Below, in pieces: positions 16,142 to 24,680 of a stretch of 64,000 nt of DNA; position 1 is the first letter of the stretch, and each line of letters starts with the position of its first letter. The DNA comes from a virus. The notes below the pieces were generated by a model. It did no database searches. It was not told where the DNA came from and saw only the letters and a program-made list of their open reading frames with translations. The translations under genes were made by a program, and so were the position numbers. Where the stretch lies: the IMG/VR virus record IMGVR_UViG_3300013947_000004, one strand, 5' to 3'.

Positions 16142-16690
16142 TTAATTCTCCTGTTCTTCAAGTTCTTTTAGTGAATCAGCTATCTGGAAAAATGGCACCT
16201 TGCTATCTTGGCATTTATCGCATATTTTTCTCATTTCACACGAACAGCAATTAACTTGACAACAATACTGTGAGATGGTTTTTAATGCTTTCAATAATTT
16301 CTTGTTATACATTTTTTTTTGATTGTCTATAATAACTTTACTGTGTCGAATAAATTCCACGTCATCTGAATCTACCCACCAGAAGTTATAATTCTTATTT
16401 TTGGAATACTGGGCATAGAAAAGTCCCGGTAAGTTATTCTTGTTACTCTCTATATCCCAGCCATAATTCTTTTCAATTCTAAGCAGAAGAGTAATTCCAT
16501 CACCATTAGCAAACATTAACACAATCTGCCCAAACATACCTTCAACCCTATCGGAATATATATCTCGCTTAATTTTTACTACGTCCCCAAGAGCAGGATT
16601 ATACTCTTTCTTTTTGAGTTTTGAATCTTCCATGTACATATTCCTCCCGAATTCATTAGTCATCTTCTGAGTAAGGATTCCAATCTTCAA
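16142..16690 (-). CDS. Hypothetical protein whose C-terminus carries the same Cys-rich domain (3 of 3).
   Basis: C-terminal LKALKTISQYCCQVNCCSCEMRKICDKC. Confidence 0.55.
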   Translation of the reverse strand: MKIGILTQKMTNEFGRNMYMEDSKLKKKEYNPALGDVVKIKRDIYSDRVEGMFGQIVLMFANGDGITLLLRIEKNYGWDIESNKNNLPGLFYAQYSKNKNYNFWWVDSDDVEFIRHSKVIIDNQKKMYNKKLLKALKTISQYCCQVNCCSCEMRKICDKCQDSKVPFFQIADSLKELEEQEN

Positions 16691-17177
16691 TAAGCTTCTT
16701 TAACTCCCCAAGATGATATCGCAAAACCACAATTTGGTTCTGTAAAGCTGTTCTCGTGCAATTTCTCGGACATTCCGAAAAGTTATAAACTAATCCATTC
16801 GCAATATTATTTGAAAGATTTTTGGCTTCCAATTCAACAAGTTCTCTTTGTTGTTCTATTTGTCTGGCTTCTACCATACTATTAGCACCTCTCTTGGCAT
16901 TTTTGTTTTCCTTTTCTAACATACATTCTGGCACCCATCTTACATACTCCCCACAATGAGTACATGCCACACTTTTAGGAACATAGAGATATGTGCCTTT
17001 GCGCAAAACCCAAGCTCTGTGGATACTCGCTGTACTATTTTTCCTTCCAAAGGAGCATAAATAAGGAAGCATATCGCTATCTTTGCTTACGAGAATAATC
17101 CGACCTACATGTTTTTTATATTTTTCATCTGTGAAGGTGACTGTATCTCCAACTTTGAATTTATATTTGGATTTCAT
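16656..17177 (-). CDS. Hypothetical protein.
   Basis: ORF track. N-terminal FKVGDTVTF...GRIILV resembles the N-terminus of 16142..16690. Confidence 0.5.
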   Translation of the reverse strand: MKSKYKFKVGDTVTFTDEKYKKHVGRIILVSKDSDMLPYLCSFGRKNSTASIHRAWVLRKGTYLYVPKSVACTHCGEYVRWVPECMLEKENKNAKRGANSMVEARQIEQQRELVELEAKNLSNNIANGLVYNFSECPRNCTRTALQNQIVVLRYHLGELKKLIEDWNPYSEDD

Positions 17178-17179
17178 AC

Positions 17180-17677
17180 CTATACCCCCGTACTTCCAAA
17201 ACCACCTTCACCACGCTCAGTTTCTGGAAGTTTATCGACCTCTGAAAATGTTACTTTAATTTTGGGAATTAAAAACCCTTGAGCGATTCTATCTCCCTCC
17301 GCAATCGTTCGGGAACCAATCGCATCAGGTTTGTTCTCATACATCGCCATAATCTCACCACGGTAATCACTGTCAATTAATCCGACGCTATTAGATAACC
17401 GTAATGGTGTTTTAGAACCAATAGAGCTCCTCGGGATAATTAACATCATATATTCAGGAGGAATAGCGACTTTTACACCTAATGGAATTTTAGCCACTCC
17501 CCGTGGGGGAACCGTCATAGAAACATTAGAATAAAAATCAAAGGCTCCACTACCATCCGTTGCGTAGGTGGGGATTTTAGAACTCGGAGTTGTTTTCACA
17601 TACTGAATTACGACCGCTGTATCTTTCTTTGTTTCTGTCGTTTTTTTAGTTGTAGCACTTGTACTTTTTCTTGGCAT
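17180..17677 (-). CDS. dut: dUTP diphosphatase.
   Basis: Motifs GSGAFDF, IPRSSIG, GLIDSDYRGEI, GDRIAQ, RGEGGFGSTG. Confidence 0.9.
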   Translation of the reverse strand: MPRKSTSATTKKTTETKKDTAVVIQYVKTTPSSKIPTYATDGSGAFDFYSNVSMTVPPRGVAKIPLGVKVAIPPEYMMLIIPRSSIGSKTPLRLSNSVGLIDSDYRGEIMAMYENKPDAIGSRTIAEGDRIAQGFLIPKIKVTFSEVDKLPETERGEGGFGSTGV

Positions 17678-17751
17678 CTTTTTCTATCTCCTTTTTGCAT
17701 AACATATAAAGAAATAAATCAACCAATGAGAATTTAGGCTTCTCGTTTGGG

Positions 17752-18201
17752 TCAATCTTGTTTTTCCTCACCAAGGTCTTCTTTAACTCCATTTCCATCT
17801 CCTACTATAAATACATACACATAATACGATTCAATTTGACTACGTTTGATTATCAGTACTGGGAATGTAAGGTCTTGGAAATGTTCACGAACTTTCTTGG
17901 CAACTTCTTTGTTTTTGACGGTAGTAACTACAAAAACGTCACCACCATCGGTTTGCTGAAAATCACCGTCTATCATCATTTCTGAAATTACGTTAATATG
18001 AGCTTCCGACACCTTGGAAATGGAATCTCTGTACAATTCCCTAGCTTCATCTTTTGTAATGTTGGTAAAATCAATATCCTTCTTCTTCAACTTCCGATAC
18101 ACAATGCTAATAAAGTAATTAATATAAGGAGCGATTAAATAACCAGTTACGCAACCGAGGAACATATCAATAAACACTAACACATAATTGCTATTGAGCA
18201 T
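17752..18201 (-). CDS. Membrane-anchored hypothetical protein.
   Basis: N-terminal hydrophobic segments. Confidence 0.5.
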   Translation of the reverse strand: MLNSNYVLVFIDMFLGCVTGYLIAPYINYFISIVYRKLKKKDIDFTNITKDEARELYRDSISKVSEAHINVISEMMIDGDFQQTDGGDVFVVTTVKNKEVAKKVREHFQDLTFPVLIIKRSQIESYYVYVFIVGDGNGVKEDLGEEKQD

Positions 18202-18202
18202 C

Positions 18203-18634
18203 CTAGCACCTCCCGACCATTTTATTGTCCCCCACCGGGGGGCGTTCTTTCTTGTAACACTGTTCTACAATTAACTTCGAATCAAAATAGACCCGGCTTA
18301 GGAACCTAGCATTAGCTTCTATATACTTTTGCTGAGTAACTCTTTCTGCCAGCTTTTTGTATGCTCCCGTAACATCAGGGTCACACATTGCTTTTCTAGC
18401 ACCTTCAGTTACCTTGGGAGATAGTTCCAAGCTTTTCTTCGCTTCCAATGCTTTCGCATCACGCTCGGTCAAAGCCGTTAACTTTAAGGCGTCCGCAGAC
18501 ATTTGCTCGTAAGAAGCTAAGAGAGAGGAGGAGTCTCTCATCAAAGAGAAAGCCTCCAACACATCACTATCATTCAGCTCTTCATACCGATACTTTATGT
18601 CGTCGAAGTTCTGTAGAATTTCTTCGTAGTTCAT
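18203..18634 (-). CDS. Hypothetical protein.
   Basis: ORF track; operon packing. Confidence 0.5.
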   Translation of the reverse strand: MNYEEILQNFDDIKYRYEELNDSDVLEAFSLMRDSSSLLASYEQMSADALKLTALTERDAKALEAKKSLELSPKVTEGARKAMCDPDVTGAYKKLAERVTQQKYIEANARFLSRVYFDSKLIVEQCYKKERPPVGDNKMVGRC

Positions 18635-18876
18635 TCTATATCCCCGCCATCGAGAACGTTGTTGTGAAATTTACGCCCCACACGGAAAAGAAACATCAGT
18701 GCTTCGTATTCTTCTTCGAATGTTTTTACTGTAATAGGACTCCGACGACCTTCTCCAGACGCTTTTACTTTATAGAGGGTCTTGCCGTCGATGTCATCTT
18801 GTTTTATATAGAGAGAACTTACTTTAATAATTACCTTCCCATTTTCACTTCTTGCGTACATTTTAAATCCCTCCAA
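18631..18876 (-). CDS. Hypothetical protein.
   Basis: ORF track; 4-nt overlaps on both sides. Confidence 0.5.
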   Translation of the reverse strand: MEGFKMYARSENGKVIIKVSSLYIKQDDIDGKTLYKVKASGEGRRSPITVKTFEEEYEALMFLFRVGRKFHNNVLDGGDIE

Positions 18877-19513
18877 ATAGTTTGTACGTATCCTCTTTTA
18901 AGAAAAACAATGGTTCGTGATACGGTCTTGTCACAACCACAATATCGCTGTCGTCTTGGTCGAAATATTTGTGCAATAACTTAAATTTATTATCTGGCAA
19001 CGATTCTGGTTCAACCTCTAGGAGCCCATTTAAGAGATATTCAAATACTTCTTTTCGGAGACCGTAACAAAATCCTTCTATATGTACAACTCCCGTATCT
19101 AAGAGTTTGTACCAAGAGTCGGAGTGGATATTTCGCTTGCATTCAACAATAAGCTCTTTATCCTTGTACTGGATTCTAATATCCCCAGACACATGGTCTT
19201 TTAGTTGGGGAATTAAATGCCCAGTTTTTAATGCTCCGGATAACGGAGTCCGAGAAGCATTTAACCCCATATCTTTCAACATAGTTTCAACTTCTCGTTC
19301 TGCCCGTCTTCCGTTGCGCCGATTAGATTTCCCACGTTTATGGGCATCACTAATCTTTTTGACTTTCCGTTCTTTTTTCTTTTTTTCTTTGTTTTCCAAC
19401 TGTCGTGGAGATTTGATTGATAAGTCTACCGGGCTATACTCTTCGTAATCCTTGCACCAGTCGCAATCGTATCTGTTAAGACAGTTGTAAAACACAACGC
19501 ATTTAGTTATCAT
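18863..19513 (-). CDS. PD-(D/E)XK nuclease, possibly a Holliday-junction resolvase.
   Basis: GDIRIQYKDKELIVECK (D...ExK); basic linker; N-terminal 4-Cys cluster. Confidence 0.45.
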   Translation of the reverse strand: MITKCVVFYNCLNRYDCDWCKDYEEYSPVDLSIKSPRQLENKEKKKKERKVKKISDAHKRGKSNRRNGRRAEREVETMLKDMGLNASRTPLSGALKTGHLIPQLKDHVSGDIRIQYKDKELIVECKRNIHSDSWYKLLDTGVVHIEGFCYGLRKEVFEYLLNGLLEVEPESLPDNKFKLLHKYFDQDDSDIVVVTRPYHEPLFFLKEDTYKLFGGI

Positions 19514-19925
19514 CTTTTACTTTTTCAGTGTATAAATCTAATAAAGTGTCTAACTTTTTGTATAAAGATGCAATATCAACTTCTTCATCTTTGTCTGTTT
19601 TCGGGAGTTTTACTTGAGATTCCTTCTCTTTTTCTTTTTCAAAAAACGTACTCGGACTTTTTGAAACTTCTTTAAGGAAATCCTCAAATTTAGCTTCGTC
19701 AAAATCCTCGTCAGGGGATTCTTTACCGATAAGTTCAGAAGTATACAATAAAGCCATGGCTAGTGTATCAGGGTCTACATCAATAACTTGGCTCAAACCC
19801 AACAGTAGGCACGTTACATTCATATCTTTATTAGATTCCGTCGAGGAAACCATAACAGCGACGTTATCTTCATCCTTAGTTAATTTAATAGTAATCTTCA
19901 TATCTTTTGTTTGTTTTTCTTCCAT
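19503..19925 (-). CDS. Acidic hypothetical protein.
   Basis: ORF track; D/E-rich. Confidence 0.5.
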   Translation of the reverse strand: MEEKQTKDMKITIKLTKDEDNVAVMVSSTESNKDMNVTCLLLGLSQVIDVDPDTLAMALLYTSELIGKESPDEDFDEAKFEDFLKEVSKSPSTFFEKEKEKESQVKLPKTDKDEEVDIASLYKKLDTLLDLYTEKVKDDN

Positions 19926-19927
19926 TG

Positions 19928-20818
19928 TTATTTTTCTCCTTTTGTATACGCATCACAATAAATATTAACTGGGCAAAAATCTTTGCACTTTCTTCCATGC
20001 CATGACTCTCTGCATTTGCACGGAGGTGGCATTTTACCAGTTTCTACAGCCTTTATCAAATCCATGGATTTCTTTTTCATATATAGCTCCATCCAATGGT
20101 CTGATATTTTACCAACAGGAACTAAATAAGCATTTTCTGTAACTCCTCTGCTCCCCGCCATATATGTATTTCCATCTCTCACGATGACTTCACATACCAT
20201 ATTGGCAACAGGTTTTCCAAGGACTTTTTTCAACTTCATCCTATAATCGTTCATCTGAACCGCCAAATCGAACATATGCTTGGCGTTACCACGGGTAATT
20301 GTTGTTTTGTATCTTGGTTTACCGTTTTTATACCAACCTACCTGTACCCTTTTTGTCCCCATCCCCATGGTTTTTGCCGCTACATAACTTCCATAGGTCT
20401 TGTAGTCGAATAATGTCCCACCGTTTTCGGGAGAATAGAAGTCGAAAGCTCCAGTGCTTATCCCATCATCCAGTCTTTGTTCTCCTAAGTCGTCTTCACT
20501 CATACCATCTTCTAAGTTCGCATGAGTCTGAGTCCCTAAGAGGGCAAACATCATTGACCTTGGGTCAACAGCATAATCTTTTGTAATTGTTAGAAAGGCT
20601 TCCCTAGTTCCTCTTAGACATTGGGTGGTACTTGGTTTGCCTGTCCACTCTCTTTGTTTGGAGAGTTTACGGAGTGTTGGAGTGGACAGGCAACGTCCGC
20701 ATGGAACGTAATAGTCCCCAGTTACCGGGTTTATCTTACCCACTAACCTGCATTTTTTTAAACATTCCTCGATAGGGATTTCTCCACCGTCAGGGCATTT
20801 CCATCTAGTATAAGGCAT
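19928..20818 (-). CDS. RecB/Cas4-type PD-(D/E)XK exonuclease with a Cys cluster.
   Basis: FDFY...LFDYKT...VQMNDY nuclease motifs; N-terminal Cys residues plus C-terminal CKC...C...C. Confidence 0.6.
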   Translation of the reverse strand: MPYTRWKCPDGGEIPIEECLKKCRLVGKINPVTGDYYVPCGRCLSTPTLRKLSKQREWTGKPSTTQCLRGTREAFLTITKDYAVDPRSMMFALLGTQTHANLEDGMSEDDLGEQRLDDGISTGAFDFYSPENGGTLFDYKTYGSYVAAKTMGMGTKRVQVGWYKNGKPRYKTTITRGNAKHMFDLAVQMNDYRMKLKKVLGKPVANMVCEVIVRDGNTYMAGSRGVTENAYLVPVGKISDHWMELYMKKKSMDLIKAVETGKMPPPCKCRESWHGRKCKDFCPVNIYCDAYTKGEK

Positions 20819-20871
20819 ATCTTGACTTTCCTTTCCTACATCAAACCTACATTAAACTAATATTTTAGTTT

Positions 20872-20955
20872 AAAAAAAAGTCTCAATATGGGAAGTCCGG
20901 CTCTTCCCATATCCCTTTCATGCTTTTATTATAGCACTTTTATGATGTTTGTCAA
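20872..20955 (-). promoter_or_regulatory. Near-consensus sigma-A-type promoter followed immediately by a hairpin plus T8: leader attenuator or ~50-nt sRNA.
   Basis: Minus strand: TTGACA (20955-20950), 16 nt, TATAAT (20933-20928). 10-bp stem ATATGGGAAG/CTTCCCATAT (20912-20886), then TGAGAC and T8. Three AAAGTGC boxes overlap the promoter. Confidence 0.55.
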
Positions 20956-20984
20956 GCACTTTAATGCACTTTTATTTAATTTTT

Positions 20985-23900
20985 CTACATATAATTTTCT
21001 TCTAACCTTGACGTATCTTTATTGTACGTAAATTCAGCAATATTAGGGCCATACATCCCATCACGTGCCTTATCTATCTTAATCCGGGTCACATTCTCTA
21101 ACTGTTGCTTTTCTTCTAAAGATAAGTTAGGGTCTTTCCCCGGACGCCAAAGCAACATGATAATATCAGCTGATGCTTCCAAATCTCCGGTTAGTTTGAG
21201 TTGGGTCATATTTGGTTCCCCATATGGGTTCCCCCCACGGTTTAACTGAGATAACATAACAAAAATAATATTATTTTCTTTTGCTATTGCTTTCATTTTA
21301 GTAGCTGATGCAGATGCACCTTCAAAATCAGAAGTCCCTTTTAAATAGCCAAAATAATCGACAAAAACCATGTCAACGGGGGCACCCATTAAGTTTTTAG
21401 CATTAACTAACCGAATCCGTTTTTCAATATCATTTATAGTATAATTGTTGTTGTCAAAAATAAGCAGGTGATTTTGTAACTTTGATATAATGTTTTGAAC
21501 TTGAGTATCACTGCTTCTAATATACCCTTCTACTTCTGCCATTGAACATCCGATAAGTTTCGCTACACATCGTTCTATAAGTTTTCCTTTTGGCATTTCT
21601 AGTGAGAAAAATACAACCCTCATTTTATCTTGACAAATAGCACGAAGCATAGCTTCGATAGCGAAATCCGTATTATGAGTTACGATGTAATTATTGCATA
21701 GATATGTATGTTTTGGACTGTCAACAGTAATACACTGCATTTCTTTCTTTTCTTTTAGTTTTTCTATAGAAACAATAGCCATTTTACTCCTATCTACCCT
21801 ACGGGAAATATTCCGACGTTTATTCCATCTTTCAATATGCTTTTTACTAGAGAACCAAACGTCTGAAATTTTTTGTATTACCAAAGTGTATTCGGGGATA
21901 CTCGATTTACCTTTCCTTACATGATAATGCATTTCACATCTTACACCTAAAGAATTTAAAAGCGTGTTCAGCCCATCTATTAATCTTTTTGATTTGCTAG
22001 AGAATTGGGTAAAACCCCTGTCGTTAACACATCCGTCCGTGTCGATAAGGCCACGAACTAATTCTATGCGATTTTCTATAGAGTCGAACAAATATTCATC
22101 AGGAATAAATTTTTCGCAACTCTTTGCCCCGTGAAATGTTTCTCTGAGGTAATTAACAAAAGGATTATTTTTCCCTCCGCAAAAACACATTTGATTGGGT
22201 TGTCCTTTATGAAGGTGCCAATGGCCGAAACTAGCCGTTAAATAGGAAAGCTTCTCTTGAATGTCCACCTCTGGGTTGGTAAATGTGATTTGCCTTTGAG
22301 ATAATCCACCATCTCCCAACATAAGCCCTATGACATAAGGGGAAATAATGTGTTCTCTCTTTTTGTAATTAACTTCTGAGCAAACGGGTATATACAAATT
22401 CCACCCCTGTTGCCCTGCCGTTCCTCTTTTTAATTTATACTCAGACATAATATCCTTCAAGGGTTTAACAAGCCAAGATTTACCTTTCATTATGCGATTT
22501 TGAGTACTGAATTTCCATAAATGGTCTTCGCAACAATCAACATAACTACCATCCTTAAATGTTACTCGGTACACATCTTTTTCCCCTTGGGGAAACACAT
22601 GAGTAACTTTCGTTTCTTTTCCATCTTCATCAAAGACTATATCCCCAACTTTTATGTCCCCCATTTTAACAAACCCAAAGGGCGTTGCAATCAAAGAGTC
22701 TAAAGTTAGAGCTTTACCTACACCACTATAAGCTCCGATAACAACAACCTGCTTCTTTTCAACTCTACGGATGCAATTATCTATTTGTTCAAAATGGGTT
22801 TTAAAACCCCCGGTAGTGTATATCTGACGCAAGTCATTCAAACATTCGCCAATGTCTGACGCTTCTTTTAAAATATCGTCGGAATCCTGCCCAATAGTGT
22901 TAAAGTATTTCTTCAAATCTTCTGTATCTTTGTGCCATCTTTCAGCCAAGAATTTAATAATATCAAGCCGAATCATTTCAGAACGGACGGTTGGAAGGTA
23001 ATTTTCTGCTTTTTGATATTCTTCTTCTATGGTAGAACACCCCGCTAAGAGCAATCTCATGACGTACTTGTCGATATGCTCCGTTGGGAGAGTCTTAGGA
23101 TTAACCCCGGCAAGGAGGAGGTCATTCATGTCTTTAAATTCTTCTGGGACAATCCCTACCCGAACTTGCCTTCCACTATCAATAGAACGGAAGTAATCAC
23201 GGACTCTAGGTAAACGTTTTTTGCCCGGTTCGTCATTATCCGGGAATATAACAATAGACGTTTCCCTCCGTAAGTATCTACTCAAAGCCTTTATTTGGTC
23301 ACGATGTATTTCATTTGAGCAATAAGCAACCGTTGGGAGTCCCATTTGATAACCACTGATAGCGTCCATGTACCCTTCAACCACGTACACACTATCTTTG
23401 ATTAAACGTCTCGCCTTATCAAGCCCATACAGGAAAGAGGATTTGTCAAAGAGAATGTTGTTCCGGCTGTTAATGTATTTCGGCTTTCCGTCAAATCTAC
23501 GTACAGCAATCCCAACAGTTCTTCCGTTTGGGTCAATAAGAGGAATTGTGACCTTCCCTTCATACCCTCCGAGTTCGAACGTTTTGATTGTTTCGGCTGT
23601 AAAACCACGTTTTTCTGTAAGATATGAACGGACATCTTCTACCCCAGCTACCCCTTTCTGCTTTTTACTGTCCATTTTCGCTTCTAAAGCTTTTTCATTC
23701 TGGTAGGTAGCATCATCTACCAAGCTAATGTTAAGCATGTTAGCAAGCTTCTCAATAGCCATATTGTACGTAATGTGGTCATAGTCTGCCACAAAATTAA
23801 TGACATCGCCACTGGAATTGCACGAAAAACAATAGTACATTCCTTTGTTATCAACGAGCATCGACGTAGGATTACTTGAACCATGGATGGGGCAAGCACA

Positions 23901-24014
23901 TCTCCACCCATTACCACTTCTTGTTAATTCGATGTTCGCATATTCTTGAATAAATTGGGGAAAATCTATCTTCTGTCTGATAATATCTTTAATGTCCATT
24001 TCTAATTCCTCCAA
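20985..24014 (-). CDS. Primase / DnaB-like helicase fusion, interrupted by an intein.
   Basis: CHC2 zinc finger CPIHG..CFSC; TOPRIM motifs VVEGYMDA and FPDNDEPG. Walker A GVGK|T is split. Walker B MVFVDYFGYL. Confidence 0.85.
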   Translation of the reverse strand: MEELEMDIKDIIRQKIDFPQFIQEYANIELTRSGNGWRCACPIHGSSNPTSMLVDNKGMYYCFSCNSSGDVINFVADYDHITYNMAIEKLANMLNISLVDDATYQNEKALEAKMDSKKQKGVAGVEDVRSYLTEKRGFTAETIKTFELGGYEGKVTIPLIDPNGRTVGIAVRRFDGKPKYINSRNNILFDKSSFLYGLDKARRLIKDSVYVVEGYMDAISGYQMGLPTVAYCSNEIHRDQIKALSRYLRRETSIVIFPDNDEPGKKRLPRVRDYFRSIDSGRQVRVGIVPEEFKDMNDLLLAGVNPKTLPTEHIDKYVMRLLLAGCSTIEEEYQKAENYLPTVRSEMIRLDIIKFLAERWHKDTEDLKKYFNTIGQDSDDILKEASDIGECLNDLRQIYTTGGFKTHFEQIDNCIRRVEKKQVVVIGAYSGVGKALTLDSLIATPFGFVKMGDIKVGDIVFDEDGKETKVTHVFPQGEKDVYRVTFKDGSYVDCCEDHLWKFSTQNRIMKGKSWLVKPLKDIMSEYKLKRGTAGQQGWNLYIPVCSEVNYKKREHIISPYVIGLMLGDGGLSQRQITFTNPEVDIQEKLSYLTASFGHWHLHKGQPNQMCFCGGKNNPFVNYLRETFHGAKSCEKFIPDEYLFDSIENRIELVRGLIDTDGCVNDRGFTQFSSKSKRLIDGLNTLLNSLGVRCEMHYHVRKGKSSIPEYTLVIQKISDVWFSSKKHIERWNKRRNISRRVDRSKMAIVSIEKLKEKKEMQCITVDSPKHTYLCNNYIVTHNTDFAIEAMLRAICQDKMRVVFFSLEMPKGKLIERCVAKLIGCSMAEVEGYIRSSDTQVQNIISKLQNHLLIFDNNNYTINDIEKRIRLVNAKNLMGAPVDMVFVDYFGYLKGTSDFEGASASATKMKAIAKENNIIFVMLSQLNRGGNPYGEPNMTQLKLTGDLEASADIIMLLWRPGKDPNLSLEEKQQLENVTRIKIDKARDGMYGPNIAEFTYNKDTSRLEENYM
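21672..22712 (-). mobile_element. Class-3 intein (347 aa) with a LAGLIDADG endonuclease in the helicase P-loop.
   Basis: Ala435 to Asn781. Ala1 follows GVGK. Trp in block B (CEDHLW), Cys in block F (EMQCITV), Thr-His-Asn end (IVTHN|T). LAGLIDADG motifs YVIGLMLGDGG and LVRGLIDTDG. Confidence 0.8.
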
Positions 24015-24020
24015 AAATTG

Positions 24021-24142
24021 CTCTCAGAGCCGTTTTAAGGCTCTTTAATCTCTCGCAGGTCAAATTATACCTAGAATTGATGTTACCCCCAAAAAACATG
24101 CTCTGGAGGGCTGATTTTAACAAAAAACAGCATTTTGTGATT
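24021..24142 (-). promoter_or_regulatory. Promoter-plus-leader cassette, copy D (-10 at 24069-24064), driving the primase-helicase gene.
   Basis: Same ordered blocks as copies A, B and C. The 28 nt at its 5' end are identical to copy B. The ATG lies 50 nt downstream of the -10. Confidence 0.65.
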
Positions 24143-24357
24143 TATCCGCTGGGCGGTTTCTTCACTTTTCGTGGGAAAGGAATTAATTTTCCTTTGAGGT
24201 TCATCATTTTAGTAATTTCATCAACCATCTTTTCTTCTATGCCATTTAAAATTTCCAATTCCCATTCATTCGCTCCAGCTCTCTTTTTGTCAAGGCGGGA
24301 CTTTGCGTTAATGTACAATCCTAAGAGTGCTTGGTGGACTTTATAATCTGTGTTCAT
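24142..24357 (-). CDS. Hypothetical protein.
   Basis: ORF track. Confidence 0.45.
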   Translation of the reverse strand: MNTDYKVHQALLGLYINAKSRLDKKRAGANEWELEILNGIEEKMVDEITKMMNLKGKLIPFPRKVKKPPSG

Positions 24358-24370
24358 AATCTCGACCTCC

Positions 24371-24664
24371 TTATAACTCTAATAGCATGTCAACCGAATA
24401 CGGGATTTTGTTGCTTAACGGTTTCCTGACTTTATTCTTGTAGGAATCAATGTTCCTCCATACTGAGTTCCTATGGAACAATTCACTAAGAGGAGAACCA
24501 TATGGGAGAGGATGCTCTTTCATGTAATTTAACAACTCCGCCTGTTCTTCTTGTGGATGTTCCCCTATTTGTCTGGAGACCCTATCATAGTTTTGTTGAG
24601 ACCAGTGTCTCTGTCCCATCGTTTGGTCAAGAAACAGCTTAACCAAGGAATCCTGTATGTTCAT
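24371..24664 (-). CDS. Hypothetical protein.
   Basis: ORF track. Confidence 0.5.
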   Translation of the reverse strand: MNIQDSLVKLFLDQTMGQRHWSQQNYDRVSRQIGEHPQEEQAELLNYMKEHPLPYGSPLSELFHRNSVWRNIDSYKNKVRKPLSNKIPYSVDMLLEL

Positions 24665-24680
24665 TTAAAACTTCCTTTCT

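Noticed and set aside
23368-23917. Short ORFs on both strands within the primase region (23368-23706 plus, 23402-23635 minus, 23717-23917 minus).
   Set aside because: They lie inside the continuous 1009-aa primase-helicase frame, which has clear motifs.
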